Below are positions 52,497 to 61,009 of a stretch of DNA of 64,000 bases, piece by piece. Position numbers and translations under genes: made by a program. The notes beneath the pieces are model-generated. The model was not told where the DNA came from, did no database searches, and was given only the letters and a program-made list of their open reading frames with translations. Source of the stretch: Prevotella sp. (lineage in GTDB: Bacteria; Bacteroidota; Bacteroidia; Bacteroidales; Bacteroidaceae); contig JAIKZG010000015.1 of assembly GCA_024682415.1 (NCBI GenBank), positions 3,519-67,518 on the forward strand, read 5' to 3'. Numbering within the stretch: the stretch's first letter is position 1; each line of letters starts with the position of its first letter.

Positions 52497-53549
52497 ATGG
52501 GTAGAATAATCTTGTTGGCAATGATGTTGTCATTGCCGTTTATAAATATATCTGCACAGAGCGATAATGCCTCTGTGCAGATTTTGCGTTCTAATGGGCA
52601 ACATTCTTTTTCCGCATCAGTGCCTCATGGTAATTATAGCGGAATAGCTCATTTGTATGGCAATGTCTATGCCATGGTTGATGATAAATCGGAGAAGGAT
52701 GGATTTCATCTGTTTGCTATAGATGTAGATTCTCTTTCGGGCGATATTGCTGACGTAAGGCATTTGGGTTTTCGCTCTTCAATGTTGCCTAATCGCGATG
52801 GTGAGGGCATAGTATTTATCGGCGCTGACAGCACGATTATAATATCGGGCGAGGCTGACAGCCGTCTGCTTGAATATAATCTGAATGGTGGTCTTACGGG
52901 CAGAAGCTATCAGTTGCCGCGCATAACCGACAACTATGGATATGAATCGTTGGGTTATGACCGTGAGCGTGGATTGCTGTGGACTTGTAATGAGAGCACG
53001 ATGAATGGCGACGGCATTCAGGCTACATCGGTTAATGGCGCGGTGAATCGTCTTCGTCTGCGAAGCTATAATCTTAATCCTCGAAGCGTGCAGGGCGCAG
53101 AGCTGATAAGCGGTTCTGACAGTCATTCTTATCTGTATGAGATGGATAAACCTATGGCTCATGTCGTGGCGTGGAAATATGTGTATGGGGTAAGCGAGGT
53201 AATGCCTATGGAGAATGGTTCTGTTTTGGTGTTAGAGCGTGAGTTTTTCGTGCCGAAAAAGAAGCTTGGCGCATGGTGCAACTGCAAGATATATCAAGTG
53301 TTCCCCGATGAAAGCAGCGTAATAAGGAATGGTGATTTGCAGACAGCCGTTCCATTGAGGAAACATCTTGTCTATGAATGGCGCACAAAGCTCTCCTTGC
53401 TTAATCACGAGATTGCCAATTATGAGGGAATGTGCCTTGGCCCTCGCCTTAAAGACGGCTCACGCATTATAATCTTGGTGGCTGATTCTCAGAATCATTA
53501 TGGCGGAGTATTGAAAGATTATTTCAAGTCGATAGTAATCTCTCGTTAA
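52497..53549 (+). CDS. Esterase-like activity of phytase family beta-propeller protein
   Basis: Signal peptide; GNYSGI, DGEGI, GYESL, LVLERE, ANYEGMCLGP. Confidence 0.78.
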   Translation: MGRIILLAMMLSLPFINISAQSDNASVQILRSNGQHSFSASVPHGNYSGIAHLYGNVYAMVDDKSEKDGFHLFAIDVDSLSGDIADVRHLGFRSSMLPNRDGEGIVFIGADSTIIISGEADSRLLEYNLNGGLTGRSYQLPRITDNYGYESLGYDRERGLLWTCNESTMNGDGIQATSVNGAVNRLRLRSYNLNPRSVQGAELISGSDSHSYLYEMDKPMAHVVAWKYVYGVSEVMPMENGSVLVLEREFFVPKKKLGAWCNCKIYQVFPDESSVIRNGDLQTAVPLRKHLVYEWRTKLSLLNHEIANYEGMCLGPRLKDGSRIIILVADSQNHYGGVLKDYFKSIVISR

Positions 53550-53569
53550 TTCTGATTTCTATATACAAA

Positions 53570-53613
53570 AATAAAGGATAGGTCATTACAACAATGAAGA
53601 CCTATCCTTTATT
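53570..53613. terminator. Bidirectional terminator
   Basis: AATAAAGGATAGGTC / GACCTATCCTTTATT inverted repeat between convergent genes. Confidence 0.75.
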
Positions 53614-53640
53614 CGTTTATTCACGACTCTGCGTTTTCCT

Positions 53641-55449
53641 TTAACTTAGTTCCAAGTCAAACTTTTCGCATAGTAGAGTCAGTGGTTCGCTCTCTTTTTT
53701 CATGAGTTCCAATATATCATTCTTTGAGAGCGTCTTCACAATTTCCGTTTCGTCGGCCAAGCGCAGTTTGAGATTGATGTTGCCGTTGTGCAAAGTCTTG
53801 GCAAGCGTCGCCTTTATGCGCTCCTGAATATTCTTCATCTGGTCGAGCAGTATCTGATTGTCTACTGCTACCTCAATGTTGGGATAATCAGTTATGGCAG
53901 GCGTCATATTCCTCATTCGTGACGCTATTCCTACCATTTGCTTCGGCATTCTGTTGCACATCAGTCTCCATTGCAGCTGCAGTTCACTATCTGTGAAAGC
54001 ATTCGTTTCGTCTTGGTTGCCAATCTCATTGGCGGCATTCGCTCCGTTGCCGTTCGTGTCGTTGGCGTTTTTCAGATTGGCGAATGTGTTTCCTATGCTG
54101 GATAATTTAAGACGTTGGCGCGGACTGCCGTTTCCGGTTGTTTTGCCGGCAGTATTTCTTGGCGAAATGTTCAACTGACTTTTCGCCTGTTGGGGTATAT
54201 TAGTGCCTGCTGCGTTGCTGGTTGGCGCGGCAGAGGTTTGAGTTCCATCAGCCACGGTCACCTGTTGAACCGCTTTCGGCTGATTAAAAAGGAGTTTCTT
54301 AAACAGGGATTTCAAGCGTTTGGGGCTACGCCCCGCACTTGGCGCGTCATCGTCTTTCTGAGTAATCTGTGCCACCTCTATAATAGTAAGTTCCACGAGC
54401 AGACGCTTGTTGCTGCTGCTGTTGTAGCTGAGGTCGCACTGATTTAATATCTTCAGAGCTGTATAGAGGAATGGAGTAGGGCATTTCTGTGCTTGCTCTT
54501 GGTATCTCTTAGCCTGATTTTCGCTTGTTTCGAGGAGTTTTATTGTCTGGCTGTCTTTTGCCATGAGCACATTTCTGATGTGTGACGCAAGTCCCACAAT
54601 AAGATTGTTGCCATCGAAACCTTTGCTTAGCAAAGAGTTGAGGAGCACCATTGCTTCGCTCACCTTGTTAGTCAGCGCAAGATCTACAAAGCTGAAATAA
54701 TTATCTTCATCAAGCACGTTAAGGTCTTCTATCACCTTTTTGTAGGTGATGTTGCCCTGACAGAAGCTTGCTGCCTGGTCGAATATTGAAAGAGCGTCGC
54801 GCATACCGCCATCGGCTTTTTCCGCTATCACGCTCAATGCTTTTTCCTCAAAGGTGATGTTCTCCTTTTCTGCAACGCCTTTAAGATGGTTGATGATGTT
54901 CTGCACCGACATTCTCTCGAAGTCGTATATCTGGCATCGTGAAAGGATTGTAGGCAGAATCTTGTTCTTTTCTGTCGTGGCGAGAATGAAAATCACGTGC
55001 GAAGGCGGTTCTTCCAATGTCTTTAGGAATGCGTTGAAAGCGTCTTTCGACAGCATGTGAACCTCATCGATGATAAACACCTTGTATTTTCCCACCTGTG
55101 GCGGAATACGTGTCTGCTCCATCATCGTCTTGATTTCGTTCACGCCGTTGTTGCTTGCTGCGTCATATTCAAAGATATTGTATGAACGGCCTTCGTCAAA
55201 CGACTTGCAACTTTCACATTCATTGCATGCCTCACCATTTTCTGTAGGGTTCAGGCAGTTGATAGCCTTTGCGAAGATACGTGCGCAAGTAGTCTTTCCC
55301 ACACCGCGCGGACCGCAGAACAGGTAGGCATGAGCAATCTTTCCGCTCTTCACCGAATTTTTTAGCGTCGTAGTCAGTGCCTCTTGACCTACGACAGCGT
55401 CGAAGTTTTGAGGGCGATATTTACGCGCCGAAACTATATATTCACTCAT
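53641..55449 (-). CDS. dnaX: DNA polymerase III subunit gamma/tau
   Basis: Start MSEYIVSARKYRP at 55449; GPRGVGKTT, zinc module CLN...CNECESC, IIDEVHML, LKTLEEPP, SRCQ. Confidence 0.96.
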   Translation of the reverse strand: MSEYIVSARKYRPQNFDAVVGQEALTTTLKNSVKSGKIAHAYLFCGPRGVGKTTCARIFAKAINCLNPTENGEACNECESCKSFDEGRSYNIFEYDAASNNGVNEIKTMMEQTRIPPQVGKYKVFIIDEVHMLSKDAFNAFLKTLEEPPSHVIFILATTEKNKILPTILSRCQIYDFERMSVQNIINHLKGVAEKENITFEEKALSVIAEKADGGMRDALSIFDQAASFCQGNITYKKVIEDLNVLDEDNYFSFVDLALTNKVSEAMVLLNSLLSKGFDGNNLIVGLASHIRNVLMAKDSQTIKLLETSENQAKRYQEQAQKCPTPFLYTALKILNQCDLSYNSSSNKRLLVELTIIEVAQITQKDDDAPSAGRSPKRLKSLFKKLLFNQPKAVQQVTVADGTQTSAAPTSNAAGTNIPQQAKSQLNISPRNTAGKTTGNGSPRQRLKLSSIGNTFANLKNANDTNGNGANAANEIGNQDETNAFTDSELQLQWRLMCNRMPKQMVGIASRMRNMTPAITDYPNIEVAVDNQILLDQMKNIQERIKATLAKTLHNGNINLKLRLADETEIVKTLSKNDILELMKKESEPLTLLCEKFDLELS

Positions 55450-55478
55450 TGTTCTTTTTAGTATTGTCTTGTAAGGCA

Positions 55479-55694
55479 CAAAGTTACGGAAAATCGAGTG
55501 CAGCACAAAAAGAATTCATTCTTTTTTGCTGCCGAGATGGAGTAATCTTATTTAAAGTTACGTAAAGTAGAGAGAAAAGCCAAATTTATTTGAGCTTTTC
55601 CGAAACAGAGTAACTTCAGCGAAGCTAAAGTTACGCAAAATCGAGTGCAGCACACGATTTGCTTGATAAGCAAATCTTCGGAATTCATTCTTTT
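55479..55694. repeat. Three-unit (~73-74 bp) structured intergenic repeat element
   Basis: Units start AAAGTTACG at 55480, 55554 and 55627; units 1 and 3 share AAAATCGAGTGCAGCAC...GAATTCATTCTTTT; units 1 and 2 end CCGA.A..GAGTAA. Confidence 0.8.
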
Positions 55695-55769
55695 GGGATA
55701 TATGATATTTTGAGCATATAGGAATTCACTTATGATAAAATGATGGGGAGCAGTAATAATGGCTTTCCA

Positions 55770-58316
55770 TCATTTTTTTATTTTAGGATTTTCTTGCAGA
55801 GTTGTAGTAGTGAATACAGGCAGAATATAGAATTTGCGATTGGGTTTTGGGTCTATCATCCATTGATCCATGATGATGTGGCTGTCTAAAGCCTTTATCA
55901 TAAGTCGGTGGTTGCCGGCAGATAGCTTAATCCGCATTTTCTTTAGAGCCTGCCCTCTAAGCACATTCTGTTTCCAACCCTCGGAGCGGAACGCTTCTTT
56001 TAGCGAAATGGTCTGTGGCGTGGCGTCGTCAATGGTTACGCTTATCCTAATGTCGCCATTATCGTTAGGCTGAGTGGGTATTAAGGCGAGATATAAAGTT
56101 GCTGTTGTATCTTTTGGGGTGGTGAAATTATAGCTCAGCCAGCCGCCTTTTTCTATTGCCATGGCGTTCATGGAGTGCCCCAGCATTTCTATCTTGCGAG
56201 TGCCGTTGCTTGCTTCGCTGTATTCACAGGCATTTCTCGCTATTGCTCCATCGGTGTCAATATCATGTTTAATAGAAGTAGCCATGGCTGCATATTTCTC
56301 TACCTCCTTGTCTGTCAGGAGAATAGGCAATGATGGTGCAGCGAATACTGGCAAATCTCTTGGCGACATATTCATGCTGCCGCTCCATTTGCCGTTTGCC
56401 ATGGCGTTGTATCTTTCCGTCAGTTTCCTTATCTCTTGATATGCCTTTTGTGATTTTGCCGAGGCAATCTTTATCGCTAAATCTCTCGTTGCCATGTCAT
56501 AAGGCGTTGAGCCATCGGCTAATTGTCGTGCTTTCTGCGCTTCAAGCATTTTTATCGCATGATTGCATGCAGCGAGCACAGGATATTCTATCGCCGCGAA
56601 ATAAGCGTTGTTCAGCGTAGGGCGCAGATTATCTTTCGCTCTTTCTATCTCATTGCTTATTTCCTTATATCGTTCAATGTATCTGTCAAGTTCATTTCCA
56701 AAAGCCGATGCGTTCAGTTCGCTGTTTCTCACTGGGCTGATACCTCTGTCGAACGTGCGTTTATCAAGCTCTGTCTGATTCCATCCCATGAACTCTGGCT
56801 TGCGCTCACCGCACAGTCTGTAAAACTCGTGCATGGCTGGAAAAATCTTGTTGCTAATAGTTTCGCCAAACTCTTGGCATAGCCATTGCTTGTAATGATT
56901 ATTTATCGTGTTGTGGCTTATGCTGTTGATGTTCCATGCCATATCTAAAAACAGCTCTAAATCATAACCTGCTGCTTTCACATCGTGCACATTCGCAATC
57001 CATATCTTTCGTGCCCCATGCTGATAAGCTTCGTTCATTTCATTATATATCAGTCCTGGCTGAGTGGTGGTGAGCCACAGATAGTCGTGAGGTCTGCCCC
57101 AATAGCTAAGATGATAGTACACTCCCGCGCCGCCTTTCCTTTTCTGCTCTTCGGGAGTGGAAAGGCGAGTGAGATAGCCATAGTTGTCGTCGCACCACAT
57201 AAGGGTAACATATTCTGGCACACGCAGCCCACGTTCATATATCTGCAACACCTCCTTGTAAGGCACTATCATTTGCGTCTGCTTGCTTGTGTCGCCCAAA
57301 TATTTGGCGATGAGTGTCTGTTGGTCGTCGATTACCTGTTGCAGAGCCGTAGTCTTTTCTTCCATCGTCTTTACTCCAAGCATGCTTCCGTCGTGAATAC
57401 CTCGCATACCTATCGTGAGCATATTGCCTGTAGAGTGTTTTACTTCCTGCAGTCGCTCCGCCCAATATCGCTTCACGCTTTCTTTATTTGTTATGTAGTT
57501 GAATGCTCCACGTTCTTTCTCATTCCATTCAGCCACGTTGTTGCGCAGCAGCGGTTCGCAGTGAGAACTTCCTATCACTATTCCGCAGCTGTCAGCCACC
57601 GCCTTGTTTCTTTTGTCGCTGAAAAAAGCCTCTGTGCCTGGGTGCATCGCTCCCCATGCCGCATTTGCTCGCAGTCGCATCAGCAGTTGGAAAATCTTCT
57701 TATATGTCTTGTGTCCTATCTTGCCTGCTCCCGCTTTCTCAAAAGTGTGCGTGCTCCATGGACGCGTAGACCAGTCTTCGTCGTTTATGAAAATGCCACG
57801 ATATTCTACCGACGCGCTTTGCGTAGTATTGTATTCAGAGTCTATAGTAAGTTGCTGCTTCCTTTGTGGCACTACATCGCCCCACCAAATCCACGGACTT
57901 ACTCCTGCCATGCGCGACAGCTCTAAAATGCCGTAGGCTGTGCCACGACCGTTAGTGCCTATGATATTGATTTTCCCGTTCTTCACAGCAATATGAAATC
58001 CATCCGTCAGTCTTGCAAGGCTGTCTATCGGTACGCCTATTTTTCGCAGTTCCTGTTTTGTGGCATTAGAAGTTTCGTCGAGCTGAAAAATCCTTATTCG
58101 TGCCTCATTCTTATTAGAGGGTTGTGCCGTGAATCCCGTTACCGCTTTCATGTCGCTGCGAAACATTTGCAAAGCTGTTTCCACCACGGGCGAAACCTTG
58201 CGCTGAATGCAGTAACTAACAGGCTTTTTGCCGTCAAACCATTCTATGTTTTCGGCGTTTAGGTGTGTGCTTAGCATTAGTGTAGTTGCCAAGGCAAAGA
58301 TAATTTTCATCGTCAT
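55770..58316 (-). CDS. Glycoside hydrolase family 115 (alpha-glucuronidase-like)
   Basis: GVSPWIWW, YRGIFINDED, SSHCEP, GMRGIHD, WCDDNYGY, GVYYHLSYWG. Confidence 0.92.
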   Translation of the reverse strand: MTMKIIFALATTLMLSTHLNAENIEWFDGKKPVSYCIQRKVSPVVETALQMFRSDMKAVTGFTAQPSNKNEARIRIFQLDETSNATKQELRKIGVPIDSLARLTDGFHIAVKNGKINIIGTNGRGTAYGILELSRMAGVSPWIWWGDVVPQRKQQLTIDSEYNTTQSASVEYRGIFINDEDWSTRPWSTHTFEKAGAGKIGHKTYKKIFQLLMRLRANAAWGAMHPGTEAFFSDKRNKAVADSCGIVIGSSHCEPLLRNNVAEWNEKERGAFNYITNKESVKRYWAERLQEVKHSTGNMLTIGMRGIHDGSMLGVKTMEEKTTALQQVIDDQQTLIAKYLGDTSKQTQMIVPYKEVLQIYERGLRVPEYVTLMWCDDNYGYLTRLSTPEEQKRKGGAGVYYHLSYWGRPHDYLWLTTTQPGLIYNEMNEAYQHGARKIWIANVHDVKAAGYDLELFLDMAWNINSISHNTINNHYKQWLCQEFGETISNKIFPAMHEFYRLCGERKPEFMGWNQTELDKRTFDRGISPVRNSELNASAFGNELDRYIERYKEISNEIERAKDNLRPTLNNAYFAAIEYPVLAACNHAIKMLEAQKARQLADGSTPYDMATRDLAIKIASAKSQKAYQEIRKLTERYNAMANGKWSGSMNMSPRDLPVFAAPSLPILLTDKEVEKYAAMATSIKHDIDTDGAIARNACEYSEASNGTRKIEMLGHSMNAMAIEKGGWLSYNFTTPKDTTATLYLALIPTQPNDNGDIRISVTIDDATPQTISLKEAFRSEGWKQNVLRGQALKKMRIKLSAGNHRLMIKALDSHIIMDQWMIDPKPNRKFYILPVFTTTTLQENPKIKK
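55779..55810. repeat. Solitary array-A unit within the 3' end of the GH115 gene
   Basis: TATTTTAGGATTTTCTTGCAGAGTTGTA matches array A; TTTTAGGATTTTCTTGCAGAGTTGTA is identical to 9239-9264. Confidence 0.8.
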
Positions 58317-58487
58317 AATATGTAGTTTTGTCTACAAAATTGCAAGATTTATCGTAAATGTGCAAACTTTTTCGGCTAAAAATCAATAAGTTAAAGTAGT
58401 TTTATGTAAATTTGCAATTGAACTGCAAATTTGCATAAACTTATCTGTGGAGTTGTTATGCCTTCATGTAATGCTTCAATAATTCAA

Positions 58488-59234
58488 ATGACTATGAAAG
58501 AATTAAAGATAAACGATAAGAATGGAGATGGAGCAATATCTATTGCTTATCAGTGCCGAGATTTTGGGTATCTGGTTTGTGTAGAAATAAGGAAATCAAT
58601 ATTCTGTATACATACAGAATTTTCGTTGGCAAACAGTGATATTGAATTGTTGCTGTCAAAGGTTTCTACCTTTAAGCAAATGGAACAGGGAGAAATGGCG
58701 TGGGCGAATAATGATGCGGAAAATAGCCTTTCTGTTTCTCTTAGCCGATATTGTGGAAATATTGAGGCAGCATTGCAGGTTGCGGACAAAAACCATAAAG
58801 GCAATATCTCCATGGCTTTCGATTGTTCTTCGCTTGATTTACTTGAATTTGTTGATGTTGAGAATGATTCTCTTTTTCAATGTGATAATACTGACGTTTT
58901 TATGTCTGTGAACAACACAAAAAGGGAGGCTGATTCATTAGATTTCAATTTCATCTTCCGTGATTATTTCATAGAAATAAATAAGGATTTTTGGCTTTAT
59001 AATTTTGAGCATGAATCGTTGTGCTCGCAATTTGCTGACTTTATAAATTCTGGTAAGGATTTCTCCATGAATGTTATGGATTCATTCATGTGGATTGATT
59101 TTAAAATTAGAAATGGAATTTATTGTGTTACAATAGATGTTTTTGATTTGGAAAGAAATCAAAGTAATGTGAAATTAACCTCTCAAATAGAAAAGGAAAA
59201 AGTGGAAGCTTTTTATCGTCAATTTGTTAGTTAG
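58488..59234 (+). CDS. AT-rich hypothetical protein, possibly two tandem WapI-like immunity domains
   Basis: Likely start MTMKELKIN; two ~120-aa halves with a similar beta/helix pattern; family assignment by eye only. Confidence 0.55.
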   Translation: MTMKELKINDKNGDGAISIAYQCRDFGYLVCVEIRKSIFCIHTEFSLANSDIELLLSKVSTFKQMEQGEMAWANNDAENSLSVSLSRYCGNIEAALQVADKNHKGNISMAFDCSSLDLLEFVDVENDSLFQCDNTDVFMSVNNTKREADSLDFNFIFRDYFIEINKDFWLYNFEHESLCSQFADFINSGKDFSMNVMDSFMWIDFKIRNGIYCVTIDVFDLERNQSNVKLTSQIEKEKVEAFYRQFVS

Positions 59235-59280
59235 AACGCCGTTCGAACATCATTCTAATGGCATTCGAACGGCGTTCTAA
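59231..59280. repeat. REP-like palindrome built from 11-bp subunits
   Basis: TTAGAACGCCGTTCGAA-N16-TTCGAACGGCGTTCTAA (17-bp perfect arms). Confidence 0.8.
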
Positions 59281-59304
59281 CACGCTGCTAAAAGTCGCCA
59301 GAAT

Positions 59305-59873
59305 TTATTTGTATCTGTTAATTACTTCGTCGTAAGAGGGGAACATCTTCGTTTCTTTCATCCATAGAGCTGGAGGATAAGGAATGTTGTAATTCATGCG
59401 CTCCAAATCGGGAATGCTTAAATCGTATCTCACAAGAATTCTGTTTTCTTTCGCCACGACATCATAGCCGTATTTATTCAGCGTGTCGCAGCTGATAATG
59501 AATACAGACAGCGTGTCCTTTGGAAGCCTTTTTGCAGATAATATTTCTGATCGCCTATAAAGGATACAAGAGAATCTGTCTCCGCTGAATGCCATTTGTG
59601 CAAAGGCAGAATATGGGCTTTCTTACCCATATACGTTGTGTCTGAAGGGGGCAACAGCGTGTCGGGATATGCTGTAATGCTCCATGGGCGATCCCCCAAA
59701 GCGATGTATGTATATAGTGAGTCTTTGCTGTTGTTGGTAAAATTTAGATAAGTTGATTCTGGAAGGTCGAATGATTCTTTACCGCAAGCCAATAATAGCA
59801 TAAAAGCTTCGCAGCAAGAATTCAGACTTAATAGCATGCAAAATGCCGTAACAAAATAGATAAGTTTTTTCAT
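59305..59873 (-). pseudogene. Frameshifted lipoprotein gene
   Basis: Lipobox LNSC and AYPDTLLP in one frame; DTLSVFIISCDTL...ILVRYDLS..DL..MNYNIPYPP in an overlapping frame; shift at about 59530-59590. Confidence 0.7.
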
Positions 59874-59962
59874 CGTTTTATGGTAAATGTTTCTGTTTTT
59901 CTATTTTCTGGCATAAAAGATTTATGTCATTGCAAAAGTACGAAAAGTTTTCCGAAAAACTA

Positions 59963-60030
59963 ACCACAGATAATAATAACTCTCACAGATGGCACAGATT
60001 AACACAGATTGTTGCTAATTACAGATTGTT
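59963..60030. repeat. ACAGAT short repeat cluster
   Basis: ccacagat...tcacagat-ggcacagat-taacacagat...ttacagat (five copies). Confidence 0.6.
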
Positions 60031-60112
60031 ATTACTAACGAGATTTTATAGAGTTGTGTACTTTTATAAATTGTCAGAAAATTGAAAATGTGAACAAGTG
60101 CAAAAATCTGCA

Positions 60113-60545
60113 TGGCTTTCATAGCTTTTTTAAGCCCTAAAAAAATAAAAATGGGTTTTCGTAGCTTTTTTAAAGGCATTTTCAAAAAAATGGGCGTTTT
60201 CATAGCTTTTTTATGGCTTGAAAAAATATTTGGGCGTTTTCATAGCTTTTTTACGGCCCGAAAAAATATTTGAGCGAAATCGTAGCTTTTTTACGGCTCG
60301 AAAAAATATTTGGGCGTTTTCATAGCTTTTTTACGGCTTGAAAAAATATTTGGGCGTTTTCATAGCTTTTTTACGCCCTGAAAAAATATTTGAGGGAAAT
60401 CATAGCTTTTTTACGCCCTGAAAAAATATTTGAGGGAAATCATAGCTTTTTTATGGCTTGAAAAAATATTTGGGCGTTTTCATAGCTTTTTTACGGCCCC
60501 AAAAAATATTTGAGGGAAATCGTAGCTTTTTTTTAGGCCGTGAGA
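60113..60545. repeat. Tandem array C: 40-bp unit, about 10.5 copies
   Basis: Consensus CATAGCTTTTTTACGGCYYGAAAAAATATTTG(GGCGTTTT/AGGGAAAT); units at 60120, 60160, 60201, 60241 ... 60481, partial at 60521; T6-N8-A6 hairpin. Confidence 0.97.
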
Positions 60546-60658
60546 AAAGTAATCCGCGATAGGTGAAAATTCATGGGAATAGTATTTATATTAGGGAAAA
60601 ATTGAGTACCTTTGCACCCGTTTTAAAACGACAAAATATATAATTATATAACTTTTTT

Positions 60659-61009
60659 ATGAACTTTACTTTATTTATTACCGTTTTGTTGACGGCTGTA
60701 ACCTTGGTGGTGGCTGCTTATGTCATCGCGAAGCTTATAGGTCCTCGTTCTTACAACCCGGTAAAAGGTGAACCGTTCGAGTGTGGTATCCCTACGCGCG
60801 GCTCTTCGTGGCTGCCTATGCACGTGGGCTACTATCTCTTCGCTATCCTTTTCCTTATGTTCGACATCGAGACCGTGTTGCTTTATCCTTGGGCAGTTGT
60901 CGTTAAGCAATTGGGAGCTATGGCATTGTTTAGCATCGGCTTCTTCTTGTTGGTATTAGTTTTAGGCTTGGCTTATGCTTGGCGGAAAGGAGCATTGGAA
61001 TGGAAGTAA
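60659..61009 (+). CDS. nuoA: NADH-quinone oxidoreductase subunit A
   Basis: PFECG, YYLFAILFLMFDIE, LYPWA, WRKGALEW; promoter TACCTTTG at 60607-60614. Confidence 0.95.
   Translation: MNFTLFITVLLTAVTLVVAAYVIAKLIGPRSYNPVKGEPFECGIPTRGSSWLPMHVGYYLFAILFLMFDIETVLLYPWAVVVKQLGAMALFSIGFFLLVLVLGLAYAWRKGALEWK

Noticed and set aside
53691-53703. AAAAAAG run in dnaX as a programmed -1 frameshift site
   Set aside because: Not in the X XXY YYZ register and only about 20 codons from the stop, so it cannot yield a gamma-type product.
56985-57926. 313-aa antisense ORF over GH115
   Set aside because: Shadow ORF with no domain signal.
60113-60545. Array C as a TIGR-like dual-spacer guide array
   Set aside because: The variable blocks are a few related alleles, not diverse spacers; no box C/D motifs and no Nop-domain gene are nearby.
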